Assembly (NCBI GenBank): GCA_020632635.1
Contig: JACKFE010000002.1
Span: 495,625 to 559,624, forward strand
DNA from: Nitrospiraceae bacterium
GTDB taxonomy: Bacteria; Nitrospirota; Nitrospiria; Nitrospirales; UBA8639
Direction of reading: 5' to 3'
Length of the DNA: 64,000 nucleotides
Part shown: in pieces, positions 9,822 to 18,865 of the stretch
How positions within the stretch are numbered: the stretch's first letter is position 1
How the letters are laid out: each line of letters starts with the position of its first letter
The notes under the pieces: generated by a model
The model's database searches: none
What the model was told of the DNA's origin: nothing
Seen by the model: the letters and a program-made list of their open reading frames with translations, nothing else
Position numbers and translations under genes: made by a program

Positions 9822-11036
9822 TTAATAGCCTTTACGAGTGTTCCCCGGATCATATTGGGCCTTTTGCAATTCGTCTTCAGGGACCTTAAGGAGGCGCCAT
9901 GGCATACCAGGAACATTGCTCGATTGCAGCTGTCCATTGACGCTAATCAGGAATTTGCCGGATGTCCGGTGCTTCAAATGGTAGGTGAGAGGGACTTCGA
10001 CATTGGTTAGCTTTCCCTCAGGACCATACCCTTGTTGCGTGCCGGTCTCGGCCACTTGAGTATCCCAGAGATCATTGATGTTGGTGGGACTTCCTGCCCC
10101 TGGGACCAACCCTTGGCCAAGAACAATATTGCCGCCCACAATGGAAAGGTTGGCACGCGTCCATCGATTAACAATCTGAGCGGAATAGTTCGGCGGGTGG
10201 CCGGTGGGAGAAAGAGAAGAAGGCACAAGAATGACCCATTGATTATCAAGAGCCGAACTGTTGATGGCCCCTGTTTGAACCACCCCCCCATTAGCCATAA
10301 GACCACGCGCGGCACTCTTTTCTACGATGCGAATAAATCGTTGCGTTGGCAGAAACTGAAAATAGGGTGGCATGGGACTCACACCGGGTGTGGTGGGACT
10401 CATAGGGTTTTCTGGAACAGCCGGGGCAGGGGCTGAAGCTTTATATAATGGGACAGACGGAATTTTTGAGGGAAAAAAGGCTAAACCGATCCGCCAAGGC
10501 TTCCCGCGTACAGAGCTCAGCACGGTCATTCCGTTTTGGCTGATCAAGTATTTGCCGGTCTGCCGGTGTTTGATATGGTAATTCAGTGGACCATAGACAT
10601 CGCTCTCCCTCCCGTCAGGCCCAATCGCTTTTTGATTCCCCATGTCCCCAGCTTCGATATTCCACAGGTAACTAAGATTATCAAATGTTTCTGATAGGCC
10701 TGTGAGCCTGGGCGTGGGGATAAAACTCGGCACACCATTATCGACAGACAAATACTCCTTCATCCAACGATTCACAATATACACCGATGTACTATCAACG
10801 CCGGTTCTGCTGTCGATAGCCGGGAGCAACCACCACTGCGCGCTCCACCAGCCTGGCTGAAATCCACTGACCGCCACTTTTCGAGTCTCGATATTGATGC
10901 CACCCCCAGAGCTGGCATCAAGAATGCGGACAAGTTGGTTGGTATCCTGAGCCATCACAGCACCGGCAAATCCCATCACGAATACCAGGCTCCCCATGAC
11001 CATGACACCCACGACGTGCCGAACAAAGGCACTCAT
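9822..11036 (-). CDS. Secreted protein made of two tandem ~170-aa repeats with beta-trefoil-like QxW motifs
   Basis: Start chosen at the internal Met (MSAFVRHVVGVMVMGSLVFVMGFAGAVMAQD), which gives a signal peptide. Internal duplication: VNRWMKEYLSVDNG...PLNYHIKHRQTGKYLISQNG versus VNRWTRANLSIVGG...PLTYHLKHRTSGKFLISVNG. Confidence 0.7.
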   Translation of the reverse strand: MSAFVRHVVGVMVMGSLVFVMGFAGAVMAQDTNQLVRILDASSGGGINIETRKVAVSGFQPGWWSAQWWLLPAIDSRTGVDSTSVYIVNRWMKEYLSVDNGVPSFIPTPRLTGLSETFDNLSYLWNIEAGDMGNQKAIGPDGRESDVYGPLNYHIKHRQTGKYLISQNGMTVLSSVRGKPWRIGLAFFPSKIPSVPLYKASAPAPAVPENPMSPTTPGVSPMPPYFQFLPTQRFIRIVEKSAARGLMANGGVVQTGAINSSALDNQWVILVPSSLSPTGHPPNYSAQIVNRWTRANLSIVGGNIVLGQGLVPGAGSPTNINDLWDTQVAETGTQQGYGPEGKLTNVEVPLTYHLKHRTSGKFLISVNGQLQSSNVPGMPWRLLKVPEDELQKAQYDPGNTRKGY

Positions 11037-11593
11037 GATCGTCTCCACTCGACTTCCGATGCCCTTGAATATTCTCAAATTGAGCCGACAACCTCCCATA
11101 GACATGCTGTGCCTCCCCTCTGTTCCCGATCGCTGGAATGAATAACCAGAATAAATGTTTTTTGAATGAAGAAAATGTATCGGCATACTTTCACTGCGGT
11201 CAACCAACCCAATCAATCATCCTGACTCCTCGATTGATCTAGGACCATGTCGAGGCTTTATAAAGACCCAGGTATCTCTGAGTGTTGGTCGATTCCTCCA
11301 GAAAACGGTTCAAAGGTCATCACTCATCATTTATGTTGAACGATGCCCTTGGCCATTTCCTCATCCATCTAAGATTTTCTTTCTTCCCCTAGTTCATTTG
11401 AGGGGGTCGAGATTAAAGAGTGACCTGGGTTTTCCTCATCACGTAAAATCGGGAAAGACTTGGGAGGACCAATACTCCTCATTCAAATTCTGTGAAGAAG
11501 ATTGGCGTGAACCGTTAGTCTTTGATGTTCGACTGACTGGTTATTCTGAGCATTTCATTTCTTCACTCCTTCTCGTATAAAGGAACGTTCCCC

Positions 11594-13540
11594 ATGCCCC
11601 TACATCATGTCGTCGCCAAACTGTGTTTCGTGCTGACCATTGGACTGTTGACCACTGTAATCATCGCCCCGGCTTGGGCCACCGTCCCGATGAATTCGGT
11701 GACTTTGGACAAAGCCGCATATTTCCTCGGACCGGACGGCGAAACCATTCTATTGCAAGCAGGGGACTATTCTTTGGAACCCTTGGCCGATGGCCTCATG
11801 GTTCACCCAGCCGGAGACCAACAAACTATTGCCGTCCAAGGCTCCTTAAAACTCCATAACCTGGATCTACAGGAACCGGTAGCCACGTCGATCCCCGGAC
11901 AACCGGAGAGTGAAACCGCCGACAGACATATCTTGGCCCTGCTCCTCCCGGGAGGAATGACGGTCGAAGCTGACGGCACATACAGCGGCATCCGCTCACG
12001 TGCGGTCAGCCCGCAGGAACTCATCACGGACCCCATGACGGTCTACCTAGACAAACCAATCCATTTTCAATCGGCGGAAGACCAGGATATCGTTCCCCCG
12101 GTCGGCACCTACAATGTGGAATTAGCCGATCAGAAGATTCGTTTGATAGCCATGGATGGCAATGGGGATTTCCTGCTTGAGACTCAAAAAAGTTCCCACG
12201 AAGGCGGTCTACAAGTGCCTGTCGCCCTCTCACTCCCTGGGGCCGCGGGAGAGGAAGCAGACTTGCACTACGTCGTACTGCTGCTTCCCGATGGGGCGAA
12301 CTTCCAAGCCCTTGGAACGTATAGTGGCGTCCGTCCACGCGGACTATTCGACTTTGTCGGCAAGGCCGTCCAAAGTGCCGGTCGTGAGGTGAACAAATTC
12401 GGAAAAAATGCCGGGCGGACCATTCAACAAGCTAAGAAAACGGTGGACAATGCCACACGCCCCATCGGACAAACCATCAATAAGTCCGTGCAAGACGTGG
12501 GGAAAGGACTCGGTCAAGCCAAACAAAATCTTGATAAGGCCACCCGGCCTATCGGACAGGGTATCAACAAGGCCGCTCAAGACGTGGGAAAGGGTCTGAA
12601 TCAAGCCGGAAAAGATGTGGGACGATTTGCCCAGCAAGCCGCGCTGGAAGCTAAAAAGCAGGCAGAATGGTTGGCCAAACAAGCGGCGATGGGTGCGCTG
12701 GAAGTGGCCAAAGCCGCTTGCAAAGCCGGATTAACCGCCAGCCGGATTGCGGCTGACATTCAGGGAAGGATTCTGGGACCGATTATGGGTGCGTTAGCCA
12801 AGGCCTTCCAATTAGACAAAACCCAAACGGCTCTCCGCCAAGCGTTACAGGTCATTAAACAAAAACAAGGCCCCGCCATCCAGGAAGCAATCAATGCCGG
12901 CCTCACGATCACTGAACCCAAAAATCTCAAGACCGTCAAACAATTAATGGACCCCAACCAGATGTGCGAAAGCCCAGGGGCCACCGTTCAACACACATTC
13001 AAAACCATGATTGGGGCACCTCTTCGCGCAGCCCTCACCAAGTCACAAAACGCGAACCCATCTCCCATCCGCTCCCGTGGGACATTCGCCTCGGCCAACA
13101 TCGGAATCGGGGGCAATCTCGCCAAGGTGGGTGGAGGTGAGTTGGGCGTCAGTTATGCCTTTGACTTTGTGCATACACCCCATTGGTATCTGGACCTGGC
13201 CGCCATGCTCAAAACCAACGTAGGCGGCGGCGGTGGGGTCTCCATCGGAATTTTCCCAAAAGTGAATCCCGATGCCGTCGGCGGGTGGTTTCTCGGAGTG
13301 GGTGTCGGATTTCCATTTCCTCATCCCAAATTGGCAAAAGCCATGGATGCCGGCTTGGATGTCTTTTTCGAATTCCCCTTGCAAATTACCCCTCCCTTTA
13401 ATTTCAAGTGGAATTTGACATCTCCACAATTTTTCTTGGACCACTTTCAAGGATTCTCCGTGAGTGTAGGAGCCGGGAAGAGCGTCTCGCCTGTCGATAT
13501 TGCCCTGAAAGCCGGCGTGGGAATCAAGCTGACGAAATAA
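11594..13540 (+). CDS. Secreted protein with two tandem copies of the shared N-terminal module, K/Q/A-rich helical repeats and a Gly-rich C-terminal domain
   Basis: Signal peptide (…IIAPAWATVP). Module copy 1 is ~11699..12004 (ends GTYSGIRSRA) and copy 2 is ~12035..12343 (ends GTYSGVRPRG). Repeats of ATRPIGQxINKxxQDVGKGL. The C-terminus is similar to that of gene 27923..29293. Confidence 0.8.
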   Translation: MPLHHVVAKLCFVLTIGLLTTVIIAPAWATVPMNSVTLDKAAYFLGPDGETILLQAGDYSLEPLADGLMVHPAGDQQTIAVQGSLKLHNLDLQEPVATSIPGQPESETADRHILALLLPGGMTVEADGTYSGIRSRAVSPQELITDPMTVYLDKPIHFQSAEDQDIVPPVGTYNVELADQKIRLIAMDGNGDFLLETQKSSHEGGLQVPVALSLPGAAGEEADLHYVVLLLPDGANFQALGTYSGVRPRGLFDFVGKAVQSAGREVNKFGKNAGRTIQQAKKTVDNATRPIGQTINKSVQDVGKGLGQAKQNLDKATRPIGQGINKAAQDVGKGLNQAGKDVGRFAQQAALEAKKQAEWLAKQAAMGALEVAKAACKAGLTASRIAADIQGRILGPIMGALAKAFQLDKTQTALRQALQVIKQKQGPAIQEAINAGLTITEPKNLKTVKQLMDPNQMCESPGATVQHTFKTMIGAPLRAALTKSQNANPSPIRSRGTFASANIGIGGNLAKVGGGELGVSYAFDFVHTPHWYLDLAAMLKTNVGGGGGVSIGIFPKVNPDAVGGWFLGVGVGFPFPHPKLAKAMDAGLDVFFEFPLQITPPFNFKWNLTSPQFFLDHFQGFSVSVGAGKSVSPVDIALKAGVGIKLTK

Positions 13541-13723
13541 TAAATGTCCTTTTTTGAAACTGATAAAAAGGGCATCACGTCTTTCACGTGCCCCAGCACG
13601 CTTACAGTCATGGAACGAGACATTCTCTGTTATAATATCCATCAAACACCATCCATCCCGATGATCACCAAGGGAAAGGCTGGAAAATGGGCTTTTACTT
13701 CTTATTGCCTTGAGGAATGCTTT

Positions 13724-14500
13724 ATGACATGGATCAACACCCTTCGTTCATCCTTCGCTCTTACTTTGGCAACATGCCTGCTGACCTTCAACCCTATTCA
13801 AGCCTTGGCGGAGTCAGCATACACGCCCGATGATCCGGCGTTTGAGAAGGCTATAGAGAAGGTCGTTGAGAAGTACATAATTACCCACCCGGAGGTCATT
13901 GAACTCACCCTTCAAGGGTTACAGGCCAAACGGGAAGCGGAAAAACAGGACCAGATCCGCACAGTCATTGCAACCAAACAGGATGACCTGTTAAACGACC
14001 CCGACTCGCCCGTAAGCGGGAATCCCAATGGGGATGTGACCGTCGTGGAATTTTTTGACTACCGGTGTGGCTATTGTAAACGGGTCGCGGCTGCAGTGAC
14101 CCAGCTCCAAAAAGACGACCCAGAGGTACGTATTGTGTACAAAGACTTTCCCATTTTGGGAGAAGCCTCTGAACTCGCTGCTCGGGCGGCCCTGGCCGCT
14201 GGGTTACAGAACAAACATCTGGCGTTTCATGAAGCGTTATTGGCCAGTAAACACGAAGTCAACAAGAATGAACTGTTGCGAATTGCCAAGGAAGTCGGGC
14301 TTGACATCCAACGTCTTGAAAAGGATATGGCCAAACCCGAATGGGAAGCTGTGATCAAAAAAAACCGGGCTTTGGCCTCAGCCTTAGGTATCACGGGGAC
14401 ACCAGGCTTCATCGCAGGGACCGAACTCGTTCCAGGGGCTGTGAACCTAGATGGTCTGAAGTCACTTGTTTCCCAGGCACGAAATGTCTCACAACCCTAA
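13724..14500 (+). CDS. DsbA-family thiol:disulfide oxidoreductase (periplasmic)
   Basis: Start set at the internal ATG at 13724, giving signal peptide MTWINTLRSSFALTLATCLLTFNPIQALA. Thioredoxin-fold active site FFDYRCGYCKR. TGTPGF cis-Pro region. Confidence 0.8.
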   Translation: MTWINTLRSSFALTLATCLLTFNPIQALAESAYTPDDPAFEKAIEKVVEKYIITHPEVIELTLQGLQAKREAEKQDQIRTVIATKQDDLLNDPDSPVSGNPNGDVTVVEFFDYRCGYCKRVAAAVTQLQKDDPEVRIVYKDFPILGEASELAARAALAAGLQNKHLAFHEALLASKHEVNKNELLRIAKEVGLDIQRLEKDMAKPEWEAVIKKNRALASALGITGTPGFIAGTELVPGAVNLDGLKSLVSQARNVSQP

Positions 14501-15112
14501 TACGTCTTTCTTTCTAGCACATCCGGCACAGAACCTTCCTCCAGCAATAGACTGAATGAGTCGAGCATTGGAATTTGCGCAACCGGGAACATTTCTTGAC
14601 TACCCTTACCTCTTTCCCATCTCAGTTTTTCTTTAGATTTTCCCCACCCACCCTGAACCCCCTTTTTCCTTTCAATATAGTGAGGTTCGAATAACAAAAA
14701 AGAGATTGCAGAAAATCACGGAGAAGAGTAACGTACCTCTTCGCATAATGATTACACTCTCTCCCCTGAGGAATCGTTGGTATGTTGACCGTGCTTTGCT
14801 TATGCGGTTTTCATGGCTCTGATTCTCATAGGCTTTCCTGTCTTTTCTCTCAAAAAATCCGTTCACTAGTCTGGAGAATAAACCTCTCGGAAAAGACTTC
14901 AGCCTCTTTTCCTCAAGAAATATCTTTCTATATCTATTTCAAAGACTTACACATTTTGAACCTTTTATCCCTTCCGTTCGACGGACCATTGACGTCAAAA
15001 ATTCCGGTTTATAGAAACTCGCTTCGGTAGACCGACAAAAATGGCACTTATGGATTTGACTCCTGGCAACCTCCATTCTCCTCTCCCCACCAGCAACCCC
15101 GGGATGGACATG

Positions 15113-15178
15113 CCCTGGGATGGCTTTCGGCACGGCTGTGATCCTCCTGAGATCAGGATCGCCTCAATGTTCTCTTCG
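15113..15178 (+). promoter_or_regulatory. Conserved ~65-nt 5'-region element, copy A (core GGCTGTGATCCTC)
   Basis: Aligns with 17390..17455 with an identical 13-nt core. It lies ~200 nt upstream of the start at 15345. The core plus flank (gatcctcctga) resembles an anti-Shine-Dalgarno sequence. Confidence 0.3.
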
Positions 15179-15344
15179 TGCATCCCTAGCCGGCCACTGA
15201 GTCTCTTGCCCTCGTGGCCATCGTTTGCTTGTCATTTTTCCTACTTTCCCCATTTCCTTAAGCCAGTGCTTCGATTTTGTGCAAGAACACTTCGGTTTAC
15301 CAACTTTATCTGTTTGGCTCATTTTTCCTTCAAAGGAGTCCGCA

Positions 15345-17219
15345 ATGTTTGGCCGTCTTCCTCTCTCTTGTCTAATCCTGGCTTCTTGTCTTGGTGTCCT
15401 GGCAGTAGGCGAAGTTCCTGTTATCTCAATCTCCCTGGCGGGTGAACACCCCTCAAAAGAGACGATTGAAGAGTTCACCCTGCCTGCCATTGAACTTCCC
15501 AGCTCCCTCCATTTTGAGGCACCTGATGGCAGGGAAATTCAAATTTCTGCGGGCACCTATGGATTGTTCTCCGATCAACCCTCTACCTTGACACTTCTTC
15601 CGGAATCGGACAGTGCCCCGACTACAATCCGGGCGGAGGAAATCATACTCGCCGAAGAACTCAGTGCTCCGGTTGCCAGAATACTCATAGAAAATGATCA
15701 GACGACACACCTCCTCCTCTTGTTACCGACTGGACAAGGGTTGGAGGCAATAGGGTCTGTCAGCCAGGTTACCTCACGAGGGAATTTTAGTTTTAATCGG
15801 AAAGCCAGTGCTTCAGCGATTAGCCAAACTCTGACAACACCCAATACTTCAGTTGCCTCTTCCTCAATACAGCGTGAGGCCGTCATAGGGAAATCTCCGG
15901 GAGAAACACTCATTCCCGACGGCCTTCCTACGGGGCTCCCAGGACAAGCACCATTTGGAGTCAGGGTATTGGGCGTCGTCTATGACCCCAAGGCTCCCAA
16001 CCGCCAAGGCCTTCGAGAATTGGTAAACCGACCGGAAATTCTTCGTCAAACCATCACAGCTGCGTGGGAATCTTCACGAAGCAACACCTGCGATGACCTG
16101 AGAGCTCGGTTAGGGCAGGGAGACCTCATCTATTCAGGGGTCACCCTGTATGACCTTGTCTGTAACATGGGGGAAATCACCGATTTTGCCATGCAATCCC
16201 AGGGTCCTTCTTCCGTCGTGTTGCACCTCAACATCCCCGGAAATTATTTGGAGTTTACGAGCACTACTCCCAGTGCCTTGGGAAGTTACGCGGATCCTCG
16301 GTTTTCCGTTCGATATGACCTGCGCGTCATGCTCACACTGTCCATTTCTGGTGGAGACCGCCTCATACGCGTCCAAAAGGCCGCCGCAAGCATCCAGAAC
16401 GCCAAATTGGACTCGCATGGTCTCGTCGGTGATTTGATCCTGACACTCGGGAATTTCTTCACCAATGGAAAACTCACTCCCCTCGCGGAATCCGCCTTGA
16501 ATAGCGCACGGGTTGATCTGACACGGCAAGTGAGCACAAAAATCGAGCCGGCCAATGCGCTGCTAAAAACGCCACCCGGCATGACCTATGCGGGGCGGTG
16601 GGTACGACGGAACACGCTCATTATCGTGTATGCTCCCCTGCCTGGTCCCCTCCCTCTTCAAAATGGGTGGGTGGCCGGTACCATACGATGGAAAAAAGAA
16701 TATGGGGCGACCAATCCCCCTTCCTGTTCGGGACTTTCGTTTAGGTCTACAGTCCAAACAGGGCCGGCCCCCCTTGAAGACCCGGATACCGGGTCCGTCG
16801 GACCGCCACCAACCAAAATCATCGATGGAAGCACCACCGCAGGCCCCTTCCTGGAACAAGGCGGGGAATATACCTGCGCTTATAAGGTGGCCGGATTGTT
16901 CGCCGGAATTCCGAACACTGTCCAGGGGCAAGCACGTGGTCTCACCACCGCGTTGCAATCCAACAACCAATTCTTGGTCACCGGGATAAAGATGGCCCCC
17001 AAAGGTTGGAATGGGCGCATCAATCCCACTCCCGGAACCGCCGGGAAAGATTTTTCCCTAGACCTGTTTATGACGAGTCCCGGCGTGGCTGTGATCACTG
17101 GGAAACAATTCGTGACCCCCAAAAACCCGGGCGATCCAGCTCCATTTCGCCGAGTGATTCAAGGTTCTGTCAAACGACAATCGGGCATTTTTCAACAAAC
17201 ACCGACATTACGCCGATGA
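15345..17219 (+). CDS. Secreted protein with the shared N-terminal module and a large uncharacterised C-terminal region
   Basis: ATG at 15345 is preceded by AAGGAG (15332-15337). Signal peptide MFGRLPLSCLILASCLGVLAVGE. The module ends LLLLPTGQGLEAIGSVSQVTSRG. Confidence 0.8.
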   Translation: MFGRLPLSCLILASCLGVLAVGEVPVISISLAGEHPSKETIEEFTLPAIELPSSLHFEAPDGREIQISAGTYGLFSDQPSTLTLLPESDSAPTTIRAEEIILAEELSAPVARILIENDQTTHLLLLLPTGQGLEAIGSVSQVTSRGNFSFNRKASASAISQTLTTPNTSVASSSIQREAVIGKSPGETLIPDGLPTGLPGQAPFGVRVLGVVYDPKAPNRQGLRELVNRPEILRQTITAAWESSRSNTCDDLRARLGQGDLIYSGVTLYDLVCNMGEITDFAMQSQGPSSVVLHLNIPGNYLEFTSTTPSALGSYADPRFSVRYDLRVMLTLSISGGDRLIRVQKAAASIQNAKLDSHGLVGDLILTLGNFFTNGKLTPLAESALNSARVDLTRQVSTKIEPANALLKTPPGMTYAGRWVRRNTLIIVYAPLPGPLPLQNGWVAGTIRWKKEYGATNPPSCSGLSFRSTVQTGPAPLEDPDTGSVGPPPTKIIDGSTTAGPFLEQGGEYTCAYKVAGLFAGIPNTVQGQARGLTTALQSNNQFLVTGIKMAPKGWNGRINPTPGTAGKDFSLDLFMTSPGVAVITGKQFVTPKNPGDPAPFRRVIQGSVKRQSGIFQQTPTLRR

Positions 17220-17389
17220 CCCCTAACCAAGAGGTTGAACCCTTTCGCTTATCTCTTCGACCTATCATCGCCAGACGAAAACCGGCCGAGGATCATTCCC
17301 AAAGAGCCCACAAAGAAAGAGACCCGATGAAATTCAGGAAAATTCATTTTTCGCAATTGCAACCAACCTGCAATCTCAACCTGAAGATT

Positions 17390-17455
17390 CCTTGGGGTCG
17401 ATACCGTCATGGCTGTGATCCTCAGCGATCAAGAGATCCCAGATTTTCTCGAAGC
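17390..17455 (+). promoter_or_regulatory. Conserved ~65-nt 5'-region element, copy B
   Basis: Same core GGCTGTGATCCTC (17411-17423). It lies ~240 nt upstream of the start at 17660. Confidence 0.3.
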
Positions 17456-17659
17456 CGAGCTCCTTTTTCCATCAATCCTCCCGTTATTTTTCGTTCCCTG
17501 GAAAATGGAAAGACGTCTCTCCAATTTCTCTTGACGATCTTTTTCTATCCACAACCCTATACCCTAGCCTCTTTCCTGTTCGACAAGCCTCTCAAAAGAC
17601 TTCTCTTCTCCTACGGATTCTTTGATGATTTTCATCTAATAAATTTTATGAGGTGACCA

Positions 17660-18865
17660 ATGATGACATTCTCCAGGTTTATGCGCTATGGAATGACCAC
17701 CGCAATTCTGACCACGGCGGTCTCCATTCCGGCTATCGCCTTTGTCGGACAAGACCCAACAATCATCCAACAGAGTTGTCAACTGACTCAGGTCTCGGCC
17801 CGGCTCGGTCCTGACGGCAGCACTCATTATTCTATCCTCGGAACTTGTAACGGCAGCTCAATCAGTGGGGAATTGGCCTATGCCTCCAACCATCAGACAG
17901 CCGAAAAATTTTCGTATCGAGGAGCCCAATTTACTACGAGGGCCATCTGTCCGGAAGACCCATGGATTTCCTCGACAACATGCGAAGACCAACAGGTTAT
18001 CGCAAAAGGGGCCGATCCCGGTTCCCTTCTTCAATTTCCAGTCCCCTTGTCCCGTCACGTCGTAAGGTCATCCGAGGTCTTTCAGCATGCAAAGACTCAT
18101 GCTACGAAGCCTAACCCACCAGGCCCACCGGTGAAAGCCAGAGCTGAGATTCGATTCGGCCGCAATACCACGGTCTTTTGGCTCGGTCCTGGCCAGGAAG
18201 GTCAATTCGGTCCGTATCTGAATTTTGTCGTAGAAGCTCGGCCGAAAGGGGCGGAAGGCGCAGCCTGGACCAGCCTTGGAGGCACGAAACGGCATACCGC
18301 TCCAGACTACCGACTATCAGTAAAACTGCCCGAACCAATTGCCGGGTTTCCAGGGTGGGAATTGCGGGCTTGCTCCACCACAGTATTAGCCAAGACCTGC
18401 ACCGGTCCGTTTATTCCCACACTCGCCGCTCTGTCCGATCGTCAGACGACAGAAAATGCGAAACGTCACACTTCCCCTCCTGTCACGGTCACGCCTCAAG
18501 CGACTATGAAAGTCCCCACGCCTCAACTTGGAGGTGCTCAAGGCTCAACTCCCCACACCCCTCCCGCGAGTAGTTCCTCTCCGCCACCGATTCGGTCGTT
18601 TGGAAAAGCCAAACCCTCTTCCCCCATAGATAGTACCGCCCTCAATCCGCAACCCTTACCCCCTAAATCCCTCGGAATCATACAGGCTCCATCGCCGGGG
18701 AGCTCGTCCGCCTTAAATCCACAACCACTTCCTCCGAAGTCTTTTGGTTTCGGAAAGATTCTGAGACGAGGCATACCGGAAGGGGAAACCTCCCCGGAGG
18801 AGTCGCAGGCTGAAAACGAACCAGCTTCGGATGGATCCATTTCTGAGGAAAAGAATTCACCATGA
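17660..18865 (+). CDS. Secreted protein with a C-terminal ALNPQPLPPKS repeat, an ILRRGI motif and an acidic tail
   Basis: 401 aa with a signal peptide (…AVSIPAIAFVGQD). C-terminus: SFGKAKPSSP...ALNPQPLPPKSLG...ALNPQPLPPKSFGFGKILRRGIPEGETSPEESQAENE. The stop overlaps the lnt start (ATGA). Confidence 0.75.
   Translation: MMTFSRFMRYGMTTAILTTAVSIPAIAFVGQDPTIIQQSCQLTQVSARLGPDGSTHYSILGTCNGSSISGELAYASNHQTAEKFSYRGAQFTTRAICPEDPWISSTTCEDQQVIAKGADPGSLLQFPVPLSRHVVRSSEVFQHAKTHATKPNPPGPPVKARAEIRFGRNTTVFWLGPGQEGQFGPYLNFVVEARPKGAEGAAWTSLGGTKRHTAPDYRLSVKLPEPIAGFPGWELRACSTTVLAKTCTGPFIPTLAALSDRQTTENAKRHTSPPVTVTPQATMKVPTPQLGGAQGSTPHTPPASSSSPPPIRSFGKAKPSSPIDSTALNPQPLPPKSLGIIQAPSPGSSSALNPQPLPPKSFGFGKILRRGIPEGETSPEESQAENEPASDGSISEEKNSP

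Noticed and set aside
15042-15060. Sigma-54-like TGGCAC box upstream of gene 15345
   Set aside because: The downstream element at the required spacing is GATTT/TTTGA rather than TTGC. The GG-N10-GC rule is not met.
15041-15445. ORFs 15041..15445 and 17006..17656 considered as real genes because both encode RHGCDP
   Set aside because: Similarity is limited to ~12 codons and the rest of the two translations is unrelated. They overlap better-supported genes or starts. The shared patch is reported as a conserved element instead.
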